A stretch of DNA of 64,000 bases from Desulfosoma sp. (GCA_037481835.1 JBBFKW010000012.1:46695-110694), one strand, 5' to 3'; shown: positions 49,020-59,340, numbered from the stretch's first letter. Notes: a model not told the origin generated them from the sequence alone. Numbers and translations: made by a program.

Positions 49020-50327
49020 ATGAACTCCGACCGATACCTCTACGGGCTCGACGATCCCCCTCCCCTCGCCCTATCCATCGTTTACGCCGTCCAATGGGCC
49101 GTCATCATCTTCCCGGCCTACGTCATCGCGGCCAAGATCGTCGCCCAAGCCATGGCCCTTCCTGCAAGTTTAGAAGCCCGCTTTCTCCAGGTGACCCTTG
49201 TCTGCTCGGGGCTGGGCACCCTGGTCCAAACTCTATGGGGACACCGGTACCCTCTCGTGGAAGGACCGGCGACGGCCCATCTCCTGACTTTTGTGTCCTT
49301 GAGCCCACTTGGTCTTGGAGCCGTTCAGGGAGCGACTTTGGCCGCAGCGGCCTGCTTGGCCGTCCTCGCCGCCACGGGCGCCGTGAAGCCTCTGTTACGC
49401 CTTTTCACCCCCAACGTGGTGGGCGTGATCTTGATGCTCATCGCCTTTTCTTTGCTCCCCCATCTCATCCCACCCATGCTGGGCCTGGATTCCCGACACG
49501 GGGAGGCGTCCGCCCTCATCCTGGTCGTGAGCCTGGCCTTGATGGTGATCATGGCCGTTTTGGGGCATCGCCTCCGGGGCCTGTGGAAGACGTGCAACAT
49601 GGCGTTGGGACTTCTTTTGGGAACGGTCCTTTTCGCCTTCCTGGGCAGGATCTCGTGGGCCCCCATCCTCGCTTCGCCTTGGCTTTCGCTCCCTCGACCG
49701 TGGTCGCCCTTTTCTCCGCAATGGCACGGAGACGCCTTTATCGCCTTCCTGCTCACCTACGTGGCCATTGCGGTCAACAGCATGGGAAGCATCCAGGGCA
49801 TCGCGGCGGTCACGCAACCCGGCCGGCTTGACGGCGCGCTCCGCCGGGGGCTTTTGACGACCGGGGTCAGCGGGATGGTATGCGCCTTTTTCGGGGTCGT
49901 TGGCACCGTTTCCTATAGCACCGGCCCCGGTGTGGTTTTGGCCAGCCGCGTGGCCAGCCGCTTTCCTCTGGCCTGGTGCGGCCTGCTGGTGACGGCGGCG
50001 GCCTTTTTCCCAAAAGTCGCCGCCGCCCTCACACTGATCCCGTCGGCCGTGGTGGCTTCCGCTTTGTGTGTCGCCATGGCGGGACAGCTGGGCGCCGGCT
50101 TGGCCGTGATCGCCGCCGGAAGGACCTTGGCCGCGCGGGACTATTTCGTGGTGGGCATACCCGTGCTTGTCGGCACGCTCTTGGCCTTCCTGCCTCAGTC
50201 CTTTATAGTATCCCTGTCCGGCATGGGCCGGGTCTTTTTGGGAAACGGCCTGGTTTCAGGGATCGTCCTCGTGATGTTTCTGGAACACGGCGTGTTCGTC
50301 CAACCCAAGAAGGAGTCTTCGCCTTGA
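49020..50327 (+). CDS. Uracil/xanthine (NCS2) permease family transporter
   Basis: [29 protein letters not shown] and [15 protein letters not shown] motifs; multiple TM segments. Confidence 0.85.
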   Translation: MNSDRYLYGLDDPPPLALSIVYAVQWAVIIFPAYVIAAKIVAQAMALPASLEARFLQVTLVCSGLGTLVQTLWGHRYPLVEGPATAHLLTFVSLSPLGLGAVQGATLAAAACLAVLAATGAVKPLLRLFTPNVVGVILMLIAFSLLPHLIPPMLGLDSRHGEASALILVVSLALMVIMAVLGHRLRGLWKTCNMALGLLLGTVLFAFLGRISWAPILASPWLSLPRPWSPFSPQWHGDAFIAFLLTYVAIAVNSMGSIQGIAAVTQPGRLDGALRRGLLTTGVSGMVCAFFGVVGTVSYSTGPGVVLASRVASRFPLAWCGLLVTAAAFFPKVAAALTLIPSAVVASALCVAMAGQLGAGLAVIAAGRTLAARDYFVVGIPVLVGTLLAFLPQSFIVSLSGMGRVFLGNGLVSGIVLVMFLEHGVFVQPKKESSP

Positions 50328-50791
50328 AAGCGCCTGTGGTCTCGTGCCCTCGATGCGGCGCCCCTGTGGCCGTACAGCGCAACCCCGCCCTCACGGTGGA
50401 CATCATCATCCATCCGGTGCAAAACCCCGCAAGCGTGGTCCTCATCCAACGCCGCCACCCGCCGCTGGGCTGGGCCCTTCCCGGCGGCTTCGTGGACTAC
50501 GGCGAAAGCCTGGAACAGGCGGCTCGACGGGAGGCCAAGGAAGAAACCGGCTTGGATCTGACGGACCTAAGGCAGTTTCGAGCCTATTCCGACCCGGCAC
50601 GCGATCCCCGTCAGCATACCGTCACCGTGGTCTTCTCGGCCCAAGGCTCGGGACAGGCTCATGCCGCGGATGATGCCCGGGATCTCAAAATTTTCCCGCT
50701 GAACGCCCTTCCCGAAAACATGGCGTTCGACCATGGCCGGATTCTCAAAGACTATATTCGTTGGTCGCTTGAAGGGATCCTGCCCTCATGA
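50324..50791 (+). CDS. NUDIX hydrolase
   Basis: Nudix box [29 protein letters not shown] and AFDH; TTG start after AAGGAG. Confidence 0.9.
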   Translation: MKAPVVSCPRCGAPVAVQRNPALTVDIIIHPVQNPASVVLIQRRHPPLGWALPGGFVDYGESLEQAARREAKEETGLDLTDLRQFRAYSDPARDPRQHTVTVVFSAQGSGQAHAADDARDLKIFPLNALPENMAFDHGRILKDYIRWSLEGILPS

Positions 50792-51609
50792 GCGTCACCC
50801 CCCCTTCCCCCACGACGCCCAACGATCAGGAAAAGGTGGCGTGCGTTTCCGCATGGCTCTATTCGGCCGACGGCCCTGTGGAACGCGTCCGCCAATGGGT
50901 GATCGAGGAAACCCCCGTCACCCTTTATATCAACGAGCAGGAGATCGTGACCCTGCTCTGCGCCGGGCATCACCTCGATGAGCTGGCCGTCGGGTTTGCC
51001 TATGCCGAAGGGTTCTTGGACGGCCCGGAAGATCTGAAAAGCGTCACGGTCGATCGGGAAAACGGCCGCGTTTTTCTTGAGCTCCAAGGGGATGCGCCCC
51101 TCGCGGCACGTTTGTGGAACAGGCGCACCATAACGTCAGGATGCGGCAAAGGAACGGTTTTCTACAACGCCCTCGACGCCCTCTTGGCCCGCCCCATGGA
51201 AAGCGGTCCCCAAATTCCGGCTCGATCGGTCTGGGAGCGCATGGAAGATCTCCATCGGTTGAGTCAAACCTACCGCAGAACTCATGGGGTCCATAACTGC
51301 GCTTTGGCCGACGCCTCGGCCATCCGACTGTTTCGGGACGACATCGGCCGTCACAACGCGGTGGATATGCTCATCGGACACAGCGTGTTGCACGGTGTGG
51401 TTCTGGACGATAAGATGCTCGTCACGACGGGGCGGCTCACATCGGAAATCGTCATCAAGGCCGCAAAGGTCGGCCTTCCCGTGCTGGTGAGCCGCAATAC
51501 GGCGACGACCCTGGCCATTCGTTTGGCGGAAGCGGTGAACATGACGCTCATCGGATACACCAGGGCCGGCAAGTTTACGGTCTACAGCGGCGAGAAGCGT
51601 CTGCGATGA
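50788..51609 (+). CDS. fdhD: Formate dehydrogenase accessory sulfurtransferase
   Basis: [32 protein letters not shown] and TLIGY motifs. Confidence 0.92.
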   Translation: MSVTPPSPTTPNDQEKVACVSAWLYSADGPVERVRQWVIEETPVTLYINEQEIVTLLCAGHHLDELAVGFAYAEGFLDGPEDLKSVTVDRENGRVFLELQGDAPLAARLWNRRTITSGCGKGTVFYNALDALLARPMESGPQIPARSVWERMEDLHRLSQTYRRTHGVHNCALADASAIRLFRDDIGRHNAVDMLIGHSVLHGVVLDDKMLVTTGRLTSEIVIKAAKVGLPVLVSRNTATTLAIRLAEAVNMTLIGYTRAGKFTVYSGEKRLR

Positions 51610-52817
51610 AGAAGCCCCCTAGCCGTACGCCAAGGGCCGGCGACGATCCGGAAATTTACCTGGACCATGCCGCCACGAGCTTTCCCAAGCCGAAAGGCGT
51701 TCTCAAGCAGGTCGCATGGGCTGTGGAGGCCTTGGCGTCACCGGGCAGGGGCCATTCCCGAGGGGCCATGGAAGCCGCTGCGGTTCTGGACTCCGCCCGG
51801 CGCAAAGCCGCCCGGTTTTTCGGCATAGCCGATCCGTCGAGACTCGTTTTCACAAAGAGCGCTACGGAAAGCCTCAATGTGGTCCTCAAGGGATTTCTCA
51901 AACGAGGCGACCGCGTGGTCACGACTTCCATGGAACACAATGCCGTCGCCCGACCTCTTTCGCGCCTGGCGGCGACACGGGATGTGCACGTCATCCGCGT
52001 GCCGTGCCGTGCCGACGGATCCCTGGACGAGGACGCTTTCCGCCGCGCCCTGGATCCGCCGCCGGCCTTGGCGGTCTTGATCCACGCCTCCAACGTGAAC
52101 GGCGCCTTGGTGGCCGGACCGGAAGTGCTGGCCCTGTGCCGGAGCCGCGGCGTTCCCGTTCTGCTCGATGCCGCCCAGACGGCAGGACTCCTTTCCATCA
52201 ATGTTGCGGAACATGATCTCGGCATGCTCGCCTGCTCCGGGCACAAGGGGCTCCTCGGACCTCCCGGCGTCGGCCTCCTCTACATCCGCCCCGATTTGGA
52301 CGTGGAACCCCTCATCGACGGGGGCACCGGCAGTCGCTCCGAAGAATGGGTCCAACCTCGGCACATGCCCGATTGCTTCGAAAGCGGGACGCCCAATGTT
52401 CCCGGCATCGCCGGAGTCGCTGCGGGCCTGGAACATCTCGCCTCCATGGGAGTCGATGCGCTGGGTGCCCGCGAACTGGAGCTCGCTCAATATGCGGCCG
52501 AAAACCTGGAAGGGATCGCCGGCGTTCGTGTCTACCGCCCCGCCGTCCGCGGCGGCAACGCGGTTTCTTTTACCGTCGAAGGGATGTCTCCCGTCGATGT
52601 GGCCATGATCTTGGGCGGCTCGGGGATTGCGGTACGAGCCGGGCTCCACTGCGCGCCCTGGGCCCATCAGAGCCTGGGCACCTACCCCGAAGGAACCGTC
52701 CGGCTCTCTCCCGGGTGGTGCACAACCCAGGCCGATGTGGACGCAGCGCTCAGATCCGTTGAGGCTTTGGTCTTGCGCCGGTGCCGTAGAATCCGCGGAA
52801 GGGAAAAGACCTTATGA
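51606..52817 (+). CDS. Cysteine desulfurase/selenocysteine lyase family (class V PLP)
   Basis: YLDHAATSFPKP, MEHNAV, DAAQTAG, SGHKGLLGP, ESGTPN and RAGLHCAP motifs. Confidence 0.88.
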   Translation: MKKPPSRTPRAGDDPEIYLDHAATSFPKPKGVLKQVAWAVEALASPGRGHSRGAMEAAAVLDSARRKAARFFGIADPSRLVFTKSATESLNVVLKGFLKRGDRVVTTSMEHNAVARPLSRLAATRDVHVIRVPCRADGSLDEDAFRRALDPPPALAVLIHASNVNGALVAGPEVLALCRSRGVPVLLDAAQTAGLLSINVAEHDLGMLACSGHKGLLGPPGVGLLYIRPDLDVEPLIDGGTGSRSEEWVQPRHMPDCFESGTPNVPGIAGVAAGLEHLASMGVDALGARELELAQYAAENLEGIAGVRVYRPAVRGGNAVSFTVEGMSPVDVAMILGGSGIAVRAGLHCAPWAHQSLGTYPEGTVRLSPGWCTTQADVDAALRSVEALVLRRCRRIRGREKTL

Positions 52818-53293
52818 TTCGAAAAGCCCGGATCGGCGATGTCAAAGAGCTGCACAAAATGCTCAACGCCTTCGCCGCCGAAGGAAAACTCCTGCCCCGT
52901 TCGTTGAGCGACCTCTACACGCACATTCGGGAATTCGTTGTCTGGCAATCCCCAGAAAACGGCAAGATTCTCGGCTGCTGCTGCTTGCATATCGTCTGGG
53001 AGGATCTGGCGGAAATCCGTTCCTTGGCTGTCCTGCCGGAGCGACAGGGTCAAGGCATCGGCACCGCTTTGGTGCGCGCGTGTTTGAACGAAGCCCGTGA
53101 CTTGGGCATCTTTCGGGTGTTCGTCCTGACGTACGAGGTGCGGTTTTTCCAAAACTTGGGCTTTCGAGTGACCGACAAGCAGGTGTTTCCCCAAAAAATT
53201 TGGGCGGACTGCCTCCACTGCACCAAGTTTCCCGACTGTGACGAAACAGCCATGGTTTTGGACCTCGCAGACGTCCAGGGGGCGAGTGGATGA
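52814..53293 (+). CDS. GNAT N-acetyltransferase (short ArgA-like)
   Basis: LLPRS, WEDLAEIRSLAV, VFVLTY and PQKIWADCLHCTKFPDCDE motifs. Confidence 0.85.
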   Translation: MIRKARIGDVKELHKMLNAFAAEGKLLPRSLSDLYTHIREFVVWQSPENGKILGCCCLHIVWEDLAEIRSLAVLPERQGQGIGTALVRACLNEARDLGIFRVFVLTYEVRFFQNLGFRVTDKQVFPQKIWADCLHCTKFPDCDETAMVLDLADVQGASG

Positions 53294-54156
53294 GGCCACC
53301 GATCCTCGCCAAAAGGATGAAACCGGCGGTGCTCATGCTCGCCGCAGCAGCGCTCTTCCTCTTTTCGGGCTGTGCCTCTCGAGAAGTCCCGCAGCCGGCT
53401 CCGAAGCCCGCTGCGGCCCCCACGCCTTCGCCCGTGCAGCCCGCGTCGCCACCGGGATCGCAGGATTCGGTCGCCGGAACGCAACGCATCCACGTGGTGC
53501 AGGAACCCCTTGTCGAGTCCAAGACCCCACGAACGGTCATTCACGAAGTCGCCCCCATGGAAACCGTCTGGCGCCTTTCCAAGATGTACGGGGTCTCCAT
53601 GGAATCCATCTACCGGGCCAACGGGCTCAAGCCCGGCGCTCCCATCTCCATCGGCCAGAAACTCACCATTCCCAACGCCACTCAATTCCAGAACATCATC
53701 CCGCTCTATCCCAGTACCTGTTGGCGCTGGATCGTCATTCATCACACGGCGACGGACATCGGCAAGGCCGCCCTGATCCATTACAATCACCAAGACCGCG
53801 GCTTCTGGAACGGGTTGGGCTATCACTTCCTCATCGACAACGGCAGCCTTGGCAAAGGAGACGGTCAAATCGAGGTCTCCCCCCGGTGGATCAAGCAGCA
53901 GAAGGGCGCCCATTGTAAGGTCGGCGGAATGAACGAAATGGGAATCGGGGTGGCCCTTGTGGGCAACTTCGACGAAGGGTTGCCGACGACGAAGCAGATG
54001 CAGTCCTTGGCGCGGCTCATTCGTGAACTGACCCACTATTACCGCATCCCGGCAAGAAACATCGTGGGGCACGGCGACGTGCCGGGAGCCCGCACGGATT
54101 GTCCCGGGAAGCGCTTTCCCTGGGCCGAACTGCAACGTCTCCTCGCCGCACGCTAA
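53290..54156 (+). CDS. Lipoprotein: LysM plus N-acetylmuramoyl-L-alanine amidase (amidase_2)
   Basis: Lipobox FSGC; LysM (ETVWRLSKMYGV..IYRANGL); IVIHHTA, GYHFLI, VGHGDV and TDCPG motifs. Confidence 0.88.
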   Translation: MRPPILAKRMKPAVLMLAAAALFLFSGCASREVPQPAPKPAAAPTPSPVQPASPPGSQDSVAGTQRIHVVQEPLVESKTPRTVIHEVAPMETVWRLSKMYGVSMESIYRANGLKPGAPISIGQKLTIPNATQFQNIIPLYPSTCWRWIVIHHTATDIGKAALIHYNHQDRGFWNGLGYHFLIDNGSLGKGDGQIEVSPRWIKQQKGAHCKVGGMNEMGIGVALVGNFDEGLPTTKQMQSLARLIRELTHYYRIPARNIVGHGDVPGARTDCPGKRFPWAELQRLLAAR

Positions 54157-54863
54157 TCCTTCTTCCAATAGGCGTGCAGGTAAGATCCCCTCTGTGACGT
54201 CGCGTTCCCCAATGCCAAGGACCTTATGGCCATGAGACCGTGAAAGGATTCCGGATAGGGACTTGGGGCGTAGTACAGGAAAAGAACGTGTTCGGCCCCG
54301 TCCTGTGCAACCTTTGCCGCCAGCCGATGATGGTCGTTGGCGTAGTTGAAGACGACGTCGAAGTTTCCAAAAGCCGTTCCATGCCGGATGTATGTGTCCT
54401 CATCGCAGAAGTCCCCGCACCAGATGGTGGGCGGAGCCTCCTCTGTGCGGTAGAAAGGACGGAAAACAGCCGCGTTGGCGAGCGAACGGCGCCACAAGGC
54501 GTCGTCGTATTCCACCCCGAAGGTTTTCAGGCCAAAGACCAAAGACGCCAGAATCACGATACGGCCGTCCCCACTTCCCGCATCGAGGAAAGTCTGATTC
54601 GACCGAAGGAGGCCTTCAGCCATGAGTTTCGCCAGGCCCAGGTGAACGTTTTCCAAGGAGGAGGGGACAAATTCCCCGGCGCCGGTGACGGCGTACACGC
54701 CGAAACGACGGTCTTCCCGCGCATAATGGGCCTGGATGGCGCGCAGGAGACCCTTGGAGGACTCATGGGGCAGGGAGCCATCGGCGCCAGGCATCGGCGG
54801 GGGCGGGGAATCGGGTCGTTCCTTTGGGATCCTGAAGCTGTTCCTTTCGGCGTTGGGATTCAT
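54153..54863 (-). CDS. Class I SAM-dependent methyltransferase, substrate unknown
   Basis: FLDAGSGDGRIV, GVEYD, CGDF and FDVVFNY motifs. Start uncertain because it overlaps the upstream gene. Confidence 0.75.
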   Translation of the reverse strand: MNPNAERNSFRIPKERPDSPPPPMPGADGSLPHESSKGLLRAIQAHYAREDRRFGVYAVTGAGEFVPSSLENVHLGLAKLMAEGLLRSNQTFLDAGSGDGRIVILASLVFGLKTFGVEYDDALWRRSLANAAVFRPFYRTEEAPPTIWCGDFCDEDTYIRHGTAFGNFDVVFNYANDHHRLAAKVAQDGAEHVLFLYYAPSPYPESFHGLMAIRSLALGNATSQRGSYLHAYWKKD

Positions 54864-55392
54864 GGCAGCGGCTTTCTCGAGCGATCTGGGACGTGAGTGA
54901 AAGTTTCAGCGCATTGCCCTGGGTGTGCTCTTCGTCGTCTCCGTCGTAATGGCTTAAAACCATGCTGATCTTTTCATTGTCGGCCACTTCGAAAGACCAT
55001 TTCCAGGCCACATAGGCCTGGAAGGGATCCCCCACGTATTGCGTCGGTTCCCCGTATTGTTTTTTCAAAGCATCCAAAAGCCTATCGAAGAAGGCGCGGC
55101 CGTCGTCTTCGTACTTGACTTTAATCCGCACGATGGTCCCCGGGGCGTCACAGACTCCGTAGACGATATAGCCGCTGGCAAAGCCTTGGGGAACCGACAC
55201 AGCCGCTTCTTTAAGATACGGGCGCAAACGCACCGCGTAAGCATTCTCCGGCGCGATCCGGCCTTCATAAGCCTTAATGTTCGTTCCCAGCCGGTATCCC
55301 GCAATTTCCCGGGGCGGAGACTGGGCCGATGCAGCCGTCCAGACTCCGACGGTTCCAAACGCAACGCACAGGACAGTTAAAACGGATTTCAT
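54763..55392 (-). CDS. Exported hypothetical protein
   Basis: Signal peptide ending in ASA; AGGGG RBS. Confidence 0.72.
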   Translation of the reverse strand: MKSVLTVLCVAFGTVGVWTAASAQSPPREIAGYRLGTNIKAYEGRIAPENAYAVRLRPYLKEAAVSVPQGFASGYIVYGVCDAPGTIVRIKVKYEDDGRAFFDRLLDALKKQYGEPTQYVGDPFQAYVAWKWSFEVADNEKISMVLSHYDGDDEEHTQGNALKLSLTSQIARESRCHESQRRKEQLQDPKGTTRFPAPADAWRRWLPAP

Positions 55393-55512
55393 GACATCCC
55401 CTTTTTGTGGAGCACGCTTTTAAAAATTGCCTTGCGCCCGGCTTTTCCAGAGCGGGGATTCCTTTTTTCACTGCCCGTTGCCGGGGCGATGTGTCGGTCT
55501 TCAAAAGTCCGC

Positions 55513-57822
55513 TCATCCGCTTCGAGTTTGCTCGGGACCCAAAAACCCCATGCCCCGCTGGCGATGCGCGTCCTGGTACACGTGGAGCTTCAACCCGGCG
55601 GAAACGTCCGGGACGTGCACGACCTTGATCACCTTTTCCCACCGGGCTTCATCGGGGCATATGTCGGAGAGCCTGTTGTGCCGCGGTGCCGCAAAGAATT
55701 CTTCACGAAACACCTCCTGGGGATCGTCCGGGAAGACGGCGACCGGCACGATCCTCGCCTCCACCAAGTCGCTGAAAAAATGGGTCCCGAAAGACACCTC
55801 CGGCGTCACGCCTTCCGATTCAAAAGCGATCTCGCCCAGCACCAAGGCATGGTTGATGTCTTCATACCCGACGCGGACTCCCAAGTGAAGCTCGTTGGTC
55901 CCCCAACGGCCGGGCCCGAACAAGGCGAAACGCTTCCCCTGAAGGGCCCGGTTGATCCGCCCGATCACACGTCCCACGGACGCCTTCTCGGTCAAGTCCT
56001 TAAGACGCCCATAGGCCTTCGGGTCCACGTACACCACGTAGTCCAGATTGCGCACAACGGCGTTGAAAAGCACCTTGGAATTGGTGAAGACAATCCGTTC
56101 TTCGGGGATGTCCGTCGGGATGTCCACCTGAGCCAATTCCTCGTGTACCGCCAGGGTCCGGCACTGCAACAAGAACAGCTGATCGTCGTGCCAGGCGAAT
56201 TCCACATCCACCGGGTGTTCATAGGCCTGTTCCAAGCGCCGGAGGATCTTTCGAAGCAGACCGGCAAAAGGGGAACGGCGCAGCAGGTTGTCAAAGGTGA
56301 CGACTGCCGTCTCCGGGGCTACGACCTGGCTTTTAAACAGGGGAGACGACACATGGTCGTCATCCACGCTGGACACCGCCCAATAGGCCGCATCCGGCGG
56401 AAGATGGGGCAACAGATCGAGAAACGAAACCGTTTCCACCCGGCCGCTCCGGAGGTTGATCCCATCCACCAGGCGCTGGGAATATTTGATGATCTGGCGC
56501 GCCGAAACTTCAGGGCGCATGTCGGGATGACTCAAGGCCACCAACCGGGGATAGTCCTGCCCGACGCGTTCCACCGCTCGCGTGCCCAAGCCGAGAACCA
56601 GTCGAGCCATTCCGTCTTCTTCACGGATTTTCGGAGACCACCGATAGGTGTTGCGAGAAAAAGCCACTCCTGAAGCCAGGGGAAAAAAATAATCGCCGTA
56701 CCGGGCCCCCACCACTTTCTGGACGAGGACGCTCATCTTTTCATCGAAGTCCAGCAGGTTGTGATCCCTTCGATACAAGATGGGCGCCGGTGCATAGGTG
56801 CTCATGTGCACCCTTTTGAGTCCCCAGATGAACTCCTCCAGTCGTTTTTCCAACGGGCCCTGGTTCGCCAAGAAAACGGAATCGTATTTGCCGGAAAACG
56901 CATGGCCGAAGTTGTCTTCCAAGAGACTGGACGATCTCAGGATGATCGGACATTCGCCGAGCCGTTCCAAAAATCTCCTGAACATGGCCACCATATCCGG
57001 CGGAAATGAAGCGCGGGCGAAAAGTTCCGAAATGTGTTTGTACTCCTCTTCGATGACCTCCCGGGTTTTGTACTTTTGGCTATGGAACCAGTGGAGATTG
57101 TTATAGTCGATAAAATCTGAAAAAATACCGGAATTGAAGTAATACGATTCGGGGATGCGCAGGAATTGCTCCAACTCGGGGTCTTTGGAGGCAAGGCGCG
57201 GCAGAAGGATCTTATAGGCAAGGAGCATCCCCGCCGCCTTGCCTCCCACTTTGCCGGATCTTCGGGGATTCCAGTAGGCATGGTCCACCATTTCGTCGAT
57301 ATCGCGAATGGTGATGTGTTTTTTGGCAATGCCTACAAAGGGCAGTTGGTTGGAAATGAAATGGCTGATCAGGGCCACCCGCACTCCTTCTGCTTCGCTC
57401 GGGGGGATGAACAAATCCCCCTCGGGCAGGGCGCAGAAATCTTTAAGCGCCTTCTTGATGTGCTTCGATGTCGCCCCTTCGGTGTTGACGACCCGACTGA
57501 GAATTTGAAATCTTTCCAGCTTCTGTGCCAGCTGGATGTGATCTTGGATGTCCTTTTCGGAGAAGGCTTGGGCGGAGAGGATGTCCGTGAGGGCGTCCGA
57601 AACCTCGCGCCGATGCTCTGCATCATCGGCCAGGTTGAGAACCCGCACGGCTTCCTCCACCATGCTTTGGAACCACGATTGCGTGACGACCCCGCGCTCC
57701 AGCAAAGAACGCCTCAACAGGGTCCGGATGGATTCCGCCAGATTTCCACGGGCCATGATCCGTTGTTGGAGGCGGTAGGTACGAATCAGCCCGATGAGTT
57801 GTTCCGAAGGGACATTGATCAT
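55513..57822 (-). CDS. PEP/pyruvate-binding (PPDK_N, ATP-grasp) domain protein lacking the canonical dikinase partner domains
   Basis: VGGKAAG, RSSSLLED..AFSGKYDS, VLVQKVVG, SGVAFS, GLGTRAV, DVEFA and LLQCR motifs; C-terminal GPGRWG..SFGTHFF domain. Confidence 0.88.
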   Translation of the reverse strand: MINVPSEQLIGLIRTYRLQQRIMARGNLAESIRTLLRRSLLERGVVTQSWFQSMVEEAVRVLNLADDAEHRREVSDALTDILSAQAFSEKDIQDHIQLAQKLERFQILSRVVNTEGATSKHIKKALKDFCALPEGDLFIPPSEAEGVRVALISHFISNQLPFVGIAKKHITIRDIDEMVDHAYWNPRRSGKVGGKAAGMLLAYKILLPRLASKDPELEQFLRIPESYYFNSGIFSDFIDYNNLHWFHSQKYKTREVIEEEYKHISELFARASFPPDMVAMFRRFLERLGECPIILRSSSLLEDNFGHAFSGKYDSVFLANQGPLEKRLEEFIWGLKRVHMSTYAPAPILYRRDHNLLDFDEKMSVLVQKVVGARYGDYFFPLASGVAFSRNTYRWSPKIREEDGMARLVLGLGTRAVERVGQDYPRLVALSHPDMRPEVSARQIIKYSQRLVDGINLRSGRVETVSFLDLLPHLPPDAAYWAVSSVDDDHVSSPLFKSQVVAPETAVVTFDNLLRRSPFAGLLRKILRRLEQAYEHPVDVEFAWHDDQLFLLQCRTLAVHEELAQVDIPTDIPEERIVFTNSKVLFNAVVRNLDYVVYVDPKAYGRLKDLTEKASVGRVIGRINRALQGKRFALFGPGRWGTNELHLGVRVGYEDINHALVLGEIAFESEGVTPEVSFGTHFFSDLVEARIVPVAVFPDDPQEVFREEFFAAPRHNRLSDICPDEARWEKVIKVVHVPDVSAGLKLHVYQDAHRQRGMGFLGPEQTRSG

Positions 57823-57848
57823 AAATCCTGGGTCCCCCTTCATCCCTT

Positions 57849-59099
57849 TCAGACCCAACCGCGCAGCTTGCACGCTTCCGCCACTCGAGCCACACTCACC
57901 AAGTAGGCGGCCTCTCTCAAGTTCGTTTTGTGGCGCGTCGCCATGTCGAAGACGGCGTGGAAAGCGCGGGTCATCTTGTCGTCCAGGCGCGTATGGACGT
58001 CCTTGATTTCCCAATAAAAATTGTAAGTGTTCTGCACTTGTTCGAAATAGGACACCGTCACCCCGCCGGCGTTGGCTAAAAAGTCCGGAAGCACCAGGAT
58101 CCCTTTGTCATGGAGAATGGCGTCGGCTTCCGGCGTTGTCGGTCCGTTGGCCAATTCGCACATGATGCGGGCGCGAAGGCGGGGAGCGTTTTCTTCGGTG
58201 ATGGCGTTTTCCAGGGCGGAGGGGAAAAGGACCGTGACGTCCAGTTCCAGGAGTTCCTCGTTACTCAGGGATTCGCCGCCGGGAAAGCCTGCAACCGTGC
58301 CTGTGTGCTTCTTGTGATGGATGAGAGCCGCCGGGTCCATGCCCTTTGGGTTGTAAACGGCTCCTTTGGAATCGGATGCGGCCACAAGTTTGAGGCCCAG
58401 GATTTCCGAACCCAGCAGCGCCGCGTATTGCCCCGCATTGCCGAAGCCCTGCACCGCCATGGTGCCTCCGTCCAAGGAAATTCCATAGGCCTTGGCCGCC
58501 TCCCGCGTCACGTAAATGCCTCCTCGCGCCGTAGCGTCATGCCGGCCCAGGGATCCTCCGAGGGGGACGGGTTTTCCCGTAATGACACCGGGATGATGCT
58601 CGCCCACGAGGGTTTCGTACTCGTCCATCATCCAGGCCATGATTTGCGGCGTGGTATAGACATCAGGAGCCGGCACATCTTTGGTGACCGCCACAATCCC
58701 GGCGATGGCCCTCATGTAGGCTCGAGCCAGCCGCTCCTTTTCCCCTTCCGAAAGTTCCTTGGGATTGCACACAATCCCGCCTTTGCCTCCTCCCAGGGGA
58801 ATGTCCACCACGGACGTCTTCCACGTCATCCATGCCGCCAAGGCACGAACGGTGTCGAGCGTCTCATCGGGATGCCAGCGCAATCCCCCTTTGGCCGGAC
58901 CTCGGGCCGTATTGTATTGGACGCGAAAACCTCGAAAAATCTTTGTGGTCCCATCGTCCATCCGAACCGGCATGGTAAAGGTGTACTCTCTCATGGGCCA
59001 GCGCAAGAGCTCGTGGGTGGCCTCATCCAACCCCAACTTTTCGGCGGCCCGGTCCAATTGCTTCTGGGCCATAACAAACGGGTTGAGTCGCTCTGTCAT
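57849..59099 (-). CDS. gdhA: Glu/Leu/Phe/Val (glutamate) dehydrogenase
   Basis: [42 protein letters not shown] and [12 protein letters not shown] motifs; AAGGAGAGG RBS. Confidence 0.93.
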   Translation of the reverse strand: MTERLNPFVMAQKQLDRAAEKLGLDEATHELLRWPMREYTFTMPVRMDDGTTKIFRGFRVQYNTARGPAKGGLRWHPDETLDTVRALAAWMTWKTSVVDIPLGGGKGGIVCNPKELSEGEKERLARAYMRAIAGIVAVTKDVPAPDVYTTPQIMAWMMDEYETLVGEHHPGVITGKPVPLGGSLGRHDATARGGIYVTREAAKAYGISLDGGTMAVQGFGNAGQYAALLGSEILGLKLVAASDSKGAVYNPKGMDPAALIHHKKHTGTVAGFPGGESLSNEELLELDVTVLFPSALENAITEENAPRLRARIMCELANGPTTPEADAILHDKGILVLPDFLANAGGVTVSYFEQVQNTYNFYWEIKDVHTRLDDKMTRAFHAVFDMATRHKTNLREAAYLVSVARVAEACKLRGWV

Positions 59100-59186
59100 G
59101 TCCTCTCCTTTCCACTTCGCGAGATTTTGGGATGAACGACAAGAAGCCTCACAGGTTCCACGCACCATTCAGGGAACACTTTCCGC

Positions 59187-59231
59187 TTGACATCCTTAAC
59201 CTGTCATTCTAAAAGTCAGCTCCGACTTTTA
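59187..59231 (+). promoter_or_regulatory. Putative promoter and two inverted repeats in the divergent gdh/glutamate-synthase region
   Basis: TTGACA-17 nt-TAAAAG; TGACA-N9-TGTCA at 59188-59206; TAAAAGTC-N6-GACTTTTA at 59210-59231. Confidence 0.5.
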
Positions 59232-59250
59232 AGTGGCGATAAAACCCTGC

Positions 59251-59340
59251 GCACAACGGCGTGCGGCTTCCAAGGGTTTTTGGGGACGAGGGCGTCCGAT
59301 CTTTCTCCCGTAAAAGGGGGGAAGCGGGCGCTTTTTTATT
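59251..59340 (+). terminator. 5' leader attenuator: hexaloop hairpins plus an intrinsic terminator (ANTAR-like)
   Basis: GCAC-AACGGC-GTGC; GGAC-GAGGGC-GTCC overlapping the 5' arm of the hairpin GCGTCCG-AT-CTTTCTCCC-GTAAAA-GGGGGGAAG-CGGGCGC-TTTTTT; lies upstream of the RBS. Confidence 0.62.

Noticed and set aside
59233..59250. Sigma54 promoter (TGGCGA...TGC) upstream of the GltS-like gene
   Set aside because: The GG-to-GC spacing is 12 nt rather than the required 10.
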